From a virus (Duplodnaviria; Caudoviricetes), in the IMG/VR virus record IMGVR_UViG_3300028242_000036, positions 8,222 to 72,221 of that record: a stretch of DNA of 64,000 nt, one strand, 5' to 3'. Below the pieces are notes generated by a model, which did not search any database, was not told where the DNA came from, and saw only the letters and a list, made by a program, of their open reading frames with translations. The position numbers and the translations under genes are program-made. This document shows positions 1 through 9,596 of the stretch, piece after piece (position 1 is the first letter of the stretch; every line of letters begins with the position of its first letter).

Positions 1-1
1 T

Positions 2-394
2 TGAAAGAAAATCATTTCCTTTGTAATAAGAAAGCATTTCTTTAATGTGTTCATCTTCAAAAGTTTTGATAATATAATTCTCTTCGTGTAGCCATTTTAC
101 TTTTAAAGAAACATTGGCACAATATCCTTCGTTAGAACAGTATTTAAAAAAGCTTCTAATGTTTTTAAGTATACCATTGATATAAATTGCTTTTCTTTTC
201 TTGCTACTTAAATAGTTTAAATAATTCTTAATGTGTACAGGTCTAACTTCTTCAAGGTCATCAATTCCCAATTCATCAATAGTATATTTAGCAAATTTCA
301 GTAGATTATTTTTGTAACCTTTGATAGTTTTTTGTGTGTAATTCCTACATTCAATATCGTATAGATACTCTTTTACTGCTTCTTGTAAATACAT
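2..394 (-). CDS. Tyrosine recombinase/integrase (XerD-like), N-terminal part; runs off window start
   Basis: Manual translation MYLQEAVKEYLYDIECRNYTQKTIKGYKNNL...RSFFKY...IIKTFEDEHIKEML resembles the SAM-like N-domain of XerC/D integrases; not in ORF track because truncated. Confidence 0.75.
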   Translation of the reverse strand, partial: MYLQEAVKEYLYDIECRNYTQKTIKGYKNNLLKFAKYTIDELGIDDLEEVRPVHIKNYLNYLSSKKRKAIYINGILKNIRSFFKYCSNEGYCANVSLKVKWLHEENYIIKTFEDEHIKEMLSYYKGNDFLS

Positions 395-768
395 ATAAAA
401 ACACCCCTCGTATAATTTATTGTTGATAAAACATAAATAAATTACACAAGAGGTATGTCATAATCAATGACTGTGATTTTTATTGCATATTCCATAGTCG
501 AATAGATTTTTTACCCTAAATTAACCTCTAAAAACGGTTCTACCCTTTATTCATCCCAGCCTTCAGGGAATTCTGCATTATGGTAAACATTTTGACTACC
601 GTAGTGCCAAAGGTTGAAAAGTGAGTAAAATCAAGGGTTGAGAGAGAGATTAAAACTCTTGATAATTTATTATGTTTTTCATAATCAATTATACTCTCTT
701 TTCCGTAGTCGGTCAAGGGTTTATCATAGTCATTTTTTAAAATTATTTTTTAAATTTTATTTTGTTGT

Positions 769-2166
769 TTAATCGTAACTTACTTCTTTGCCTTGTTCTC
801 TTAAAGAAACGAAAACAGGGAATTGCAAACTTTCAAGACCTGTATCTTTGTTTTTGGTAATCTCTTTATATTTAACTTCGATTACTCTACCAAGAATACT
901 ATCTTTATTTTCCCAAAATTCTTTTCTCTGTTCATCGGAAAAGCCTGAACCTACATTAACTGTATTACCTTTGTAATCTACAACTAATGCACCAAGAGTT
1001 CCTTTAAGTCTACCGTCACCTTCAACAGCATCTACAACTTTAAGGTCAAGTGTATAGAATTTCTTTACCTTAATTAAGTTCTTTGTACGCTTACATTCAT
1101 AAGGTGTGTCAAGGTTAATCATAATACCTTCCATATCATTTTGTTCTGCAAATTCTAACCACTTCCAAATTTCACTTTGGTCTGCACCTTGATAGAACAT
1201 AGTAACAACAGAAAGGTTTTTGATATTACTATTCATTGAAAAAGCCAATGCCAAACTTACCAACATACCTCTTCTGCTTGAATATTTAAGTTTGGAAACA
1301 CCTTCCTCAAATTCTTTTGTAGGTAACATATCGAAAATAACAAGCTTTAATTCTTCTTTATTTTCTTTGTCTGAATTTGCAATGCCTACGCCCTTTTGGA
1401 AAGCTTCGCTATCACTTAAGGAATTATCTTTAAGAATAAGCTCACCATCAAATACATAATCAGTGAGCGTAGGATATTGTGCAATCAAATTCTTAATATC
1501 CTTAATGATATGCTCACAACCTGTATAAACTTTGCCCTGTCTTGTATAGAGTTTTCCTTTATAATAAAAACATCTTGAACCATTTAACTTTTGAGAAATA
1601 TAAAAATATGTATCTTTAGGAATTTTACATTTCTCAATGCTTGTACCAAGCATAACATTAAGAACAGGAATAAAATCTTTGCCATAAACCTTATTGACAG
1701 TCTTTATGTCAACACCAAGTTTAAGAGATTTGGTGATGATTGATTTGATAAATTGTCTAAGCTCTTCATCTTCAGCTAAAAACTTAATATAAAATTGTAC
1801 ATAAGCAATATCAATATCTGTACCTGTGTTATGTTCTTTAACATAGTTTAATAAGTCGTTGAAGATGTCGATAAAAGATTTTGTTGTGATTTCTAACAAA
1901 CTAATATTAAGATTTGTAGGCTTAATTTTTTTATCAATTTTCTTTTTACTAATGCCTGTAACAATTTGATTATCAAGCAAAAACTTTAAAATTTCTTTAA
2001 ATAATTCATCATTTTCGTGTTGTTTAAGTAGGTTTTGTTTCGCAATAGTTGATGATGTGTTTTGTAATTCTTTAAAAATATTATAAAGAATTTGTAGTCT
2101 TGCTTCATTGCCCATATATTCATCAACAATATTTATTGTCGCTCTCATTCCTTGTAATTCACTCAT
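769..2166 (-). CDS. lig: ATP-dependent DNA ligase
   Basis: Motif I QKLNGSR, FDGEL, IFD, EGIM, LIKVK, OB domain with VGSGF and LQFPVF. Confidence 0.93.
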   Translation of the reverse strand: MSELQGMRATINIVDEYMGNEARLQILYNIFKELQNTSSTIAKQNLLKQHENDELFKEILKFLLDNQIVTGISKKKIDKKIKPTNLNISLLEITTKSFIDIFNDLLNYVKEHNTGTDIDIAYVQFYIKFLAEDEELRQFIKSIITKSLKLGVDIKTVNKVYGKDFIPVLNVMLGTSIEKCKIPKDTYFYISQKLNGSRCFYYKGKLYTRQGKVYTGCEHIIKDIKNLIAQYPTLTDYVFDGELILKDNSLSDSEAFQKGVGIANSDKENKEELKLVIFDMLPTKEFEEGVSKLKYSSRRGMLVSLALAFSMNSNIKNLSVVTMFYQGADQSEIWKWLEFAEQNDMEGIMINLDTPYECKRTKNLIKVKKFYTLDLKVVDAVEGDGRLKGTLGALVVDYKGNTVNVGSGFSDEQRKEFWENKDSILGRVIEVKYKEITKNKDTGLESLQFPVFVSLREQGKEVSYD

Positions 2167-2177
2167 TTACTTCCACC

Positions 2178-2603
2178 TCAAATCTCAAACATATCAGTTA
2201 TGTAGTCAAGTGCTTCATCTAAAGTGTCAAATCGAACATCAAAAAGACTACGCATATGGGGTCTTTTAAGCCAAGGTGTTTTGCCAAATGCAACAACAGG
2301 TTTATGTTCTCTCCAAGCCATTGAAAGCTCCCACACTGTACCCACGCTATCATTAATCATATCGAGATTAACTAACACAATGTCACAGTTTTTAAGATAA
2401 AAATAATTTTGTTTAATAAGTCCGTCTTGTGGATATTCCCAACAACGAGGCTTTTCTTTGCAAGGGTCAAAGCATTTAATGTCAAACTGTTCAAAGTGTT
2501 TTTCGGCTCTTTCTCTCCATATAGTTGCTCTAAAAGGTTGGTTAATATTATAAAAATATGAAATCGTACCTGCGAGATAAACAGATTTTTTAAATGGTTT
2601 CAT
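2178..2603 (-). CDS. Nucleoside 2-deoxyribosyltransferase-like protein
   Basis: VYLAG, FDP, CDIVLVNL, SVGTVWEL, PVVAF pattern. Confidence 0.75.
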   Translation of the reverse strand: MKPFKKSVYLAGTISYFYNINQPFRATIWRERAEKHFEQFDIKCFDPCKEKPRCWEYPQDGLIKQNYFYLKNCDIVLVNLDMINDSVGTVWELSMAWREHKPVVAFGKTPWLKRPHMRSLFDVRFDTLDEALDYITDMFEI

Positions 2604-2947
2604 TAGAATCTAATACCTCCACTGTGATATGAGGTAGTTGATGCTTTGTTTACCGATGTTGTTTCTTTTTCTTTTTCATTATCCATTTCAATAATGGTCA
2701 TCATACAATAGTTAGCAAGGTCAAGCAGTGTATCTCTAATACTCTCGTCTTTAACCTTACGCTCTTCTGCTGATTTGGTTGCAAGAGAACAAATACGATT
2801 ATATTTATCTGAAATTCTTGTTACGGCAGAAATGATACCAAGCTTTTCAAAAGTTTCACCAAATGAATTACCGTAATCTGAGTTTTTCTGTTCGTAAATT
2901 TTATTAAGGTTTTCACAAATTTCTCTATGTCTTTCTACTCTGTTCAT
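2603..2947 (-). CDS. DUF1599-like nucleotide-modification-associated domain protein
   Basis: KNSDYGNSF...RISDKYNR...ESIRDTLLDLANY. Confidence 0.8.
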   Translation of the reverse strand: MNRVERHREICENLNKIYEQKNSDYGNSFGETFEKLGIISAVTRISDKYNRICSLATKSAEERKVKDESIRDTLLDLANYCMMTIIEMDNEKEKETTSVNKASTTSYHSGGIRF

Positions 2948-2961
2948 TTATATTCTCCTTG

Positions 2962-3441
2962 TTATATTGAATTACTTTCAAACCATAAAAGTTTATCATT
3001 GTTTATAATTTCTTTTGGGAAGGTCATTATCAACTTAGAAATATCCATATCTACTGTATACAAACCATATTCGTTTTCTTGTGACAGTTCGATAGCAGTT
3101 GTTGGTGATTGACAATGAATCAATCCCCCTTTAAAACCATATCTTTTTATCCATTTTTTATTAATACGCTTTTTCTTGTGGTATCTTGTTTGGATTAAAA
3201 TAGGTATATCATATTCAAGATACAAGTTTTTTGTAGATTGTGCTGTTAAAGACTTTAGTGCTTCTACATTAAGATAATCAAGTTCAGCATTTAAACTTGC
3301 CTCACCTGTCATATGGTATATAGGAGATGTATCTGCACTAAGTTCGGTAGTGCAGATAGCATCATTAAAGTCTGCAATTTTATAAATCTCTTTATTGTTT
3401 GTTAGGTTAATTAATGTTCCACCTGTGAGTTCAATCCCCAT
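2962..3441 (-). CDS. Hypothetical protein
   Basis: 159-aa ORF abutting dUTPase. Confidence 0.6.
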   Translation of the reverse strand: MGIELTGGTLINLTNNKEIYKIADFNDAICTTELSADTSPIYHMTGEASLNAELDYLNVEALKSLTAQSTKNLYLEYDIPILIQTRYHKKKRINKKWIKRYGFKGGLIHCQSPTTAIELSQENEYGLYTVDMDISKLIMTFPKEIINNDKLLWFESNSI

Positions 3442-3938
3442 TACTTGCCACTACTTCCTAATGCCCCATCGCCACGCTCAGATTCAATAGCCTGAAGTTC
3501 TTCATAAGAAATTTCCTCAACAGTTGTCTTGGGGACAGGAACTAAAATAGCCTGTGCAATAGCTTTCTCGCAGTCATATGTAAAACGAGTTGAAGGAATA
3601 CGATGCTTGTTTTCGTAGTTAGGGTTGACAAGGAATAATGGTTGAGAGGTTGTATTTGTTAAACCGATAAACCAAGGATTTCTATATCCTGAGTCGATAA
3701 CACCACAACGAACTGCAATGCCTTTAGAGCCTGTTGAACCTCTTTCTTTTACAATGAAACAATAATCTTTATCACATACGCTTGCAATTTCTGTAGGAAT
3801 GAGACGAGTTTCGTGTGGATTGATTGCGATATAATCTTCATCAAAACACGCATATATATCATAACCTGCATCCTCTTCTCTCTTTGTTGGAATCTTAGCA
3901 TTGGGTTTTACTTTTGCAAATTTAATTGTTGTTTCCAT
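3441..3938 (-). CDS. dut: Trimeric dUTPase
   Basis: DAGYD, RGSTG, GVIDSGYR, AQAIL, RGDGALGSSG motifs. Confidence 0.93.
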   Translation of the reverse strand: METTIKFAKVKPNAKIPTKREEDAGYDIYACFDEDYIAINPHETRLIPTEIASVCDKDYCFIVKERGSTGSKGIAVRCGVIDSGYRNPWFIGLTNTTSQPLFLVNPNYENKHRIPSTRFTYDCEKAIAQAILVPVPKTTVEEISYEELQAIESERGDGALGSSGK

Positions 3939-3952
3939 ATGTATCTCCTATC

Positions 3953-4501
3953 TTAAAATGTGTTTGTAATATAATTCTTAGCAAAATATGTGATAATCTT
4001 TGGGAACATTTTAATTAAAGCAACTTGAATACCTTTTTCTTCATCAAAATTGTCAAAATGTTTATTACAGGTCGATGTGGATTTAAACTTAGTTCCAATT
4101 CCTATATGTAATTCTACATCTGTTTTTTTACCGTTGTTACGAGTATCTATATACCACCACTGATTATCTCTAAGATAATGTTTGAGATATTTAATAACAT
4201 AATGACCATCATTAAGTTCACTCATCATTGTCCACAGTTCATCTTTTTTAATTTGTCTCCACTCTGTCCAAGTAGGTTTCTTTTCTTCAACAACCTTTTC
4301 AAAATACTTTTCGTATTCATCATAAGACATTACACACTTTGCAAGACCTTCGATACCACAAAGCTTCATTTCGCCCTCTAAAGTAATTACAGTACCGTCA
4401 ATATTGGTTACAGTAAAAACTGTACTAAGAGGAATACCAATCATCGGATTTTCGTTTACATATTTAATCTTGTCACCTGTTCTAAGCATTACGCTACACA
4501 C
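3953..4501 (-). CDS. Hypothetical protein
   Basis: ORF in operon; start may be a few codons downstream. Confidence 0.6.
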   Translation of the reverse strand: MCSVMLRTGDKIKYVNENPMIGIPLSTVFTVTNIDGTVITLEGEMKLCGIEGLAKCVMSYDEYEKYFEKVVEEKKPTWTEWRQIKKDELWTMMSELNDGHYVIKYLKHYLRDNQWWYIDTRNNGKKTDVELHIGIGTKFKSTSTCNKHFDNFDEEKGIQVALIKMFPKIITYFAKNYITNTF

Positions 4502-5739
4502 TCCTTTGTTTCTCTTTTATTTTTTAATTTTGTTAAATATATATTGAATTGGTCTATCATATTCTGTTCTTCATTGGTAACAGTTCTATTAAACTTTCCT
4601 CTTGCCTGAACAACCTCGTAATTTCTAATTTCGAGAGTTACCAAACTCTTATTGTATTGTTCTTCTTTTGGGAGAGTTTTATTTTGTTGTCTTAAGAACA
4701 TAATATGACAGTTGCCATCAATAACCTTTTGAATATACGATGCTACACAGTTTGCTTGCTGAACAGCTTCGTCTTTAATATCCTGAGTTGTTTCGGGATA
4801 AATAAATTTATAATCATTAATCTTATATTCTAATTCTTTATCAATACGCTTTGCAAAATCTTGTTCTACAAAATATTCCTTAAGTCTATTGTAATTACGA
4901 CAAGTAATCTGATGAGTTGATAAAAAGTATCTTGGATATTTTTCAAATTTAGGACTGAGCTTACTTGACATTTTTACATAATCATAAAAGTCACTACAAA
5001 GTGTATTAAAATTATCTATTGCTTCATATGTCATTAGATTATCTAAATATGTAAGTAATGATTTAATATTGTAATTATAATTCTCTACTAAATATTTAAG
5101 ATATATAGATTTTGAACCATAGTAATAGTAGCCATCGTTTTCTCGTCTGTTAAAATATAATCCGTATGTTAACAGAAGGTTTTCGATATTATCTTTTGTA
5201 ATTGAATTAAACTCCATACCTAATAACAGAGGATATAAATTAGGAATATTATTATAGGCTTTTAATGTATCTGAGTTTAATGCTATTTTATATTGTCTAC
5301 AAACTTTAATAAGTCCTTTGGGAATATCATTCAAAGAACAATACAGTCTTTTGTTGCTTCTTGAATTTAAATCTACATTAGTAAGTCCACAAGCAAAATA
5401 TTGCTCATACTTAGCATAGTCATTAACTTTAGCAAGAAAACTACCTACATTACTAATTTTATTAACTGTATAATCTGTATATCTATATCTGCCATAATAA
5501 CTATCATATGCTGTGCTTCTGTTCACTTCCGTGTTAACAAAATCCATAAAGTTACGATAATTTTCATCTTCGATACATTCAATAATTTGTTTAATTGTAT
5601 AACCTCTTAACTGTGTGTTTAAGGATTTAACAATGCGATTGTTTTTACCGATTGTCTCACCTGTTGCAAGATTATATTTAACCGTCTTGCCATCGTTAAA
5701 TTCAAAAACGATAAACTGTCTTTCTTTAAAAACTTTCAT
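4489..5739 (-). CDS. PcfJ-like domain protein
   Basis: C-terminal YP..DIKDEAVQQANCVASY...IMFLR...TLEI...VVQARG..NR. Confidence 0.75.
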   Translation of the reverse strand: MKVFKERQFIVFEFNDGKTVKYNLATGETIGKNNRIVKSLNTQLRGYTIKQIIECIEDENYRNFMDFVNTEVNRSTAYDSYYGRYRYTDYTVNKISNVGSFLAKVNDYAKYEQYFACGLTNVDLNSRSNKRLYCSLNDIPKGLIKVCRQYKIALNSDTLKAYNNIPNLYPLLLGMEFNSITKDNIENLLLTYGLYFNRRENDGYYYYGSKSIYLKYLVENYNYNIKSLLTYLDNLMTYEAIDNFNTLCSDFYDYVKMSSKLSPKFEKYPRYFLSTHQITCRNYNRLKEYFVEQDFAKRIDKELEYKINDYKFIYPETTQDIKDEAVQQANCVASYIQKVIDGNCHIMFLRQQNKTLPKEEQYNKSLVTLEIRNYEVVQARGKFNRTVTNEEQNMIDQFNIYLTKLKNKRETKECVA

Positions 5740-5770
5740 TTACATTATTTTCCTTTCACTTGATAATATA

Positions 5771-5799
5771 ATTATAATATTATTTTGTTCATTTGTCAA
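5771..5799 (-). promoter_or_regulatory. Sigma-A promoter
   Basis: TTGACA-17 bp (AATGAACAAAATAATAT)-TATAAT on minus strand. Confidence 0.85.
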
Positions 5800-5828
5800 T
5801 AGTTATATGGAAAATAATACAAGTTTGG

Positions 5829-5883
5829 TGAAAGTGCATAAACCATCCTATTTATATAGAATAATTATATACACTTTCACCAA
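5829..5883. terminator. Long inverted repeat, likely terminator of nrd operon
   Basis: TTGGTGAAAGTG...CACTTTCACCAA directly after FTR-like gene. Confidence 0.55.
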
Positions 5884-5888
5884 TTTAT

Positions 5889-6077
5889 TTATTCTTTATA
5901 ATAAAGCCCACAATGGCAATATCCACTTTCAATTTCTTCTACAAAGTTTTTACACATACATTTTGTATCTTTGTTGCGTTTGTTCGGTGGAACGCAAGGG
6001 CAATGTCCATTTGCTTGTTTAATGGCATCTCTCATTTCCTTAACAAACTCTTTGTCGGGGTTAACTTTAATTTTCAT
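5889..6077 (-). CDS. Ferredoxin:thioredoxin reductase catalytic-subunit-like protein
   Basis: CPC...CMC...CHCGLY triad typical of the FTR [4Fe-4S]/disulfide centre. Confidence 0.8.
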   Translation of the reverse strand: MKIKVNPDKEFVKEMRDAIKQANGHCPCVPPNKRNKDTKCMCKNFVEEIESGYCHCGLYYKE

Positions 6078-6550
6078 TATCTTATTTCCACTCCATATTG
6101 ATTATCTGAGGCAAGATATACTCCTAATGTATCATCATAATGTTTTTGTTGGTTAGGTATATATCTGCCGAATTTAATAATTATAGGCTCATAAAGTCTA
6201 AGCCATTTTAGCTTATCTTCAACTTCATCTTTGTTGTATCCTGTATAAATAACAATATCATCACCACACCAATATCTAAAATTCATAATAAAACATTGTA
6301 GCTCTTCCCAACTATCAAAGGGTTCTAACCCTCCACAAACAACAGCGTGTGTAATTGGGTTGCTCATATATCTTTCAATCAATGAGTTGATAGAAATATT
6401 AATATTGGGCGATTTAACAAGAGAACTGTTTTGACACATTTTTTGACCACACTCCTTCTCACACTTGAAGGTGCAAGAAGGAAATGCGATAAACATACTT
6501 GGTTTTTTATAGTTAACAAAATCCTCATCAACTAATTGTTTAATAATCAT
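6077..6550 (-). CDS. nrdG: Anaerobic RNR activating enzyme (radical SAM)
   Basis: CTFKCEKEC, CQNSSL, GGLEP, YTGY, KFGRY, LASDNQY; adjacent to nrdD. Confidence 0.88.
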   Translation of the reverse strand: MIIKQLVDEDFVNYKKPSMFIAFPSCTFKCEKECGQKMCQNSSLVKSPNINISINSLIERYMSNPITHAVVCGGLEPFDSWEELQCFIMNFRYWCGDDIVIYTGYNKDEVEDKLKWLRLYEPIIIKFGRYIPNQQKHYDDTLGVYLASDNQYGVEIR

Positions 6551-6551
6551 A

Positions 6552-8513
6552 TTAATCTCCTATTAAAGAAGTTTCACCATACATAACACCTGTATCATAC
6601 CACTGTCTTGCTGTAAACTCTTTAATTCTTTCTTTGCTATATGACTTAGAAGGTGTTAAGAAGCCTACTACTCTTTGGTATGTATCAGCTTTAGGTTCAT
6701 TGCACTCAGGGCAAATATCAGTACCAACAAATCCGTGATGGTTTTTGCATACATTGATTTTTGTATTGTAGCAGAAGTAAATAACTCCCTGACTTGCAAT
6801 ATAATTTAACATTTCCCAAGCCATATCTGTATTGGGGAAGTTATTATCAATATTAATGTGTGCAATAGCACCACCCGAACACTTGTTATCAAGTATAGCA
6901 CTTGTACGGATTTTTTCATTAATGGTACACTTTTCGGTAAGGGGTATCCACTGATTACTATAAATAAAGTCATCGTGAACATCAAAAAGCATATTATCTT
7001 TTGCACATAAATTAACGGCGGCTCGTTCAGCAGGAACACTTTCAATATTAAATGAATACTCTGTTGTAAAGTTATCCTTTGTTTCATTTAAGATATTGAA
7101 AATCTTATCAGCAAATTCAATAGCCTCGTCTGTGTAGAATTTATTGCCAAACTCATCAGTATGAATATATCCGAATTTATTCATTACTTCATATAATCCT
7201 AAAATACCAATGGTGCAATACTGCTTATCCATTTCTACACCACCGTCACAATAGTTAGGCAGTAAGTTCTTATCAATATTTCTTTTAATAATATGTCTTA
7301 CTCTATCTAAAACCTTGCAACAAAGGGTCGTTCTCTTTTTGAGTAAGTTAAGATATTTTCTTTCGGTAATTTCTTCTCCAAGCTCATAAAAGATATGTAC
7401 AAGATTAATTGTATTTACCTTTACAGAACCAATACTTAATGCTGTACCACCGATAGAGTTAATAAATCCTTTAAGCTTAGAAGTGTCGGAAAGAAGTCTA
7501 CAACAATTTGATAATGTAGTTACATCGCCACTTACAAAGAAGTTACTATCATTCCACTGACAGTTGTGGTCTGAACACCATCTTGCAAATTCCTTATCTA
7601 CAAACTCACCATCTTTATAAAGAAGTGAATAGGTTAATACAGGGAATGTAAACATATTTTCCTTTCTAACATCAGAAACAACTTCCATAAATACTTTTTG
7701 GTGTTCAATGAACTCATCTACATAGTCAATAGCAAATGTACCATCGGGAAATTCAACTCCACCAAACAGTGCTGTATAATATTCTCTATCGAAAATAGAA
7801 ACATTAACAAAAGCTGATTGGTCAATTCTCATAAAAGGCTGATTAAGTCTATAAATAAGCTTTTGGAATGACTGTCTAAGGTAGTAATCAGGATTCTTGA
7901 TATAATAACCTGTCTCACAGTCTCTCTTCCAAAAATAATAAGTCCATACAAGAATATTAGGAATACCAACTGCACCACTACTTCTATTTGACATAAAGCT
8001 GATAAATTCAATTACATCATCAACAAATGTTGTAAGATGTTTAGGTGGCTGATTATTATAGTTATTTCTTAAAAAGAATAGTCCGTCTGTTGCTAATCTT
8101 GTAAGGTCATAAGCATAACAATAAGGGAAGAATGAAGTTGTGGGAAAATCGTGTAAATAGAATCCACCAATCCATTCGGTTTCAAGCCACTCTTTTGCAG
8201 TCTTTAAACCATACTTCTTTTTAATTTCATAAAATATCTTATTTGCTACAATAAGCTTATCAACTGACTTGCCCTTTTCACTTCTAAGAGATGCCACATC
8301 TTTATTTGAAGCATTTGCATTACTATCTATAGATACATCGGCTACATTCTTATCGACAAAAGCATCAATAAAATCTGAAAAGTTTAACTGAGAGTTATGA
8401 ACACCATTTAAGATTTCAAAATCTTCACCATATTTATCTCTCAAATTATCAATAGCTCTTTCAAAGTCTTTATTAAATTTATAATTTACTTCCATCTTAT
8501 GTCTCCTGTTCAT
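6552..8513 (-). CDS. nrdD: Class III anaerobic ribonucleotide reductase, no ATP-cone
   Basis: YLHD, YCYAY, SNCCRL finger loop, C-terminal CxxH/CPEC zinc site and YQRVVGFL glycyl loop. Confidence 0.93.
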   Translation of the reverse strand: MNRRHKMEVNYKFNKDFERAIDNLRDKYGEDFEILNGVHNSQLNFSDFIDAFVDKNVADVSIDSNANASNKDVASLRSEKGKSVDKLIVANKIFYEIKKKYGLKTAKEWLETEWIGGFYLHDFPTTSFFPYCYAYDLTRLATDGLFFLRNNYNNQPPKHLTTFVDDVIEFISFMSNRSSGAVGIPNILVWTYYFWKRDCETGYYIKNPDYYLRQSFQKLIYRLNQPFMRIDQSAFVNVSIFDREYYTALFGGVEFPDGTFAIDYVDEFIEHQKVFMEVVSDVRKENMFTFPVLTYSLLYKDGEFVDKEFARWCSDHNCQWNDSNFFVSGDVTTLSNCCRLLSDTSKLKGFINSIGGTALSIGSVKVNTINLVHIFYELGEEITERKYLNLLKKRTTLCCKVLDRVRHIIKRNIDKNLLPNYCDGGVEMDKQYCTIGILGLYEVMNKFGYIHTDEFGNKFYTDEAIEFADKIFNILNETKDNFTTEYSFNIESVPAERAAVNLCAKDNMLFDVHDDFIYSNQWIPLTEKCTINEKIRTSAILDNKCSGGAIAHINIDNNFPNTDMAWEMLNYIASQGVIYFCYNTKINVCKNHHGFVGTDICPECNEPKADTYQRVVGFLTPSKSYSKERIKEFTARQWYDTGVMYGETSLIGD

Positions 8514-8730
8514 TTGTATAAGTGTTTATAAAATTATTAGCAGTTGCAAAATCCATTAAAACTCCATCTGCTTCAAGCATAGGCAGAAATTCAATATTTT
8601 TTTCTTGCATAACCACTTCGTCTGTTACTTCAACATACTGAATATTTTTTGCTTTAAGTTTGCTTGCTAACACACGACATCTCGGACAATGTGTTGTGTA
8701 TAATGTGATATTATTCATTAGTTTCACCAC
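8497..8730 (-). CDS. Glutaredoxin/NrdH-like redoxin
   Basis: YTTHCPRC, LPML..DG; next to nrdD. Confidence 0.8.
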   Translation of the reverse strand: MVKLMNNITLYTTHCPRCRVLASKLKAKNIQYVEVTDEVVMQEKNIEFLPMLEADGVLMDFATANNFINTYTNEQET

Positions 8731-9364
8731 TTTCTTTTAAAATCAATTCTTTAAAACGAGGTAATGATTCGACCCATCTACAGAAAATTATCCATTCGGG
8801 TAATCTATGTGTTTTACGCTGATGATATATTGTTTTGAGCTGTCTGTAATTTGTAGTCATTCTTGCAGTAAGCTTAAAACCACAAGGGTTAGAGTAAAGA
8901 ATTTCAAGATAACGCCTTTTCATTTCTTCAGCGTGTTCTTGTTGAATTTGAACGGATTGAGGTGTGAGACTATTTTTCCATTCAAAATCTATTCGATTAT
9001 ACTCTGCTACCTTTTCTTTCATAATTGCAATAATTCTTGGGTCAACATATTCAATGTATGCTTTATCCAAATCAAACTTTGTAATACGATGCATTGTTGA
9101 TTGTGAACTTACAAAATCAAAGAAATGATAACGCTCTGCTTCAGTCCAACATTTAACAGTATAAGTTAAATCAAACTGAACAATAATTCCATTTAAGAAA
9201 TTATCGTGACCCTCACCCATATCACAACTCGCTAAACCAACAGTTCGTTTTGTTATGTCCGAAGAAAGTGTTTCTATATCTACAGACATAGGATATTTTG
9301 AAGCTTTAATACTTTCATCAAAGCCATATACTTTGACATTGCTGATAATATCTTTAATTTCCAT
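8711..9364 (-). CDS. Divergent ThyX-like (flavin-dependent thymidylate synthase fold) protein
   Basis: GHDNFL, ERYHF, VSSQSTMH, TTNYRQLKTIY.QR..HRLPEW; start moved to MEIKD with GGAG RBS. Confidence 0.6.
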   Translation of the reverse strand: MEIKDIISNVKVYGFDESIKASKYPMSVDIETLSSDITKRTVGLASCDMGEGHDNFLNGIIVQFDLTYTVKCWTEAERYHFFDFVSSQSTMHRITKFDLDKAYIEYVDPRIIAIMKEKVAEYNRIDFEWKNSLTPQSVQIQQEHAEEMKRRYLEILYSNPCGFKLTARMTTNYRQLKTIYHQRKTHRLPEWIIFCRWVESLPRFKELILKESGETNE

Positions 9365-9596
9365 TGTTTTCTCCTTGTTCTTCGTGGAATGAATCATACA
9401 GCTCCACCATATGATTTATAAAATCATTTTTTGTAGCAAACATAGCCCATTCAAGCATTGACCTACCTGCACTCAAACACACATTATCAATCTGTTCCTG
9501 TGTTAACATTTCTTCTTCGGTGGTTTCGGTAATTCGAGGTTCGGTAGTGCCAAAATCTAACTGTACTACATTATTCTTTTTGGTCTTTTTTCTCAT
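9354..9596 (-). CDS. Hypothetical protein
   Basis: Start MRKK after AGGAGG RBS. Confidence 0.6.
   Translation of the reverse strand: MRKKTKKNNVVQLDFGTTEPRITETTEEEMLTQEQIDNVCLSAGRSMLEWAMFATKNDFINHMVELYDSFHEEQGENNGN

Noticed and set aside
547-682. Short minus-strand ORF with RBS and an in-frame TGA (MKNIINYQEFNLSLNP*FYSLFNLW...)
   Set aside because: It is too short, has no recognisable domain, and readthrough is unsupported.
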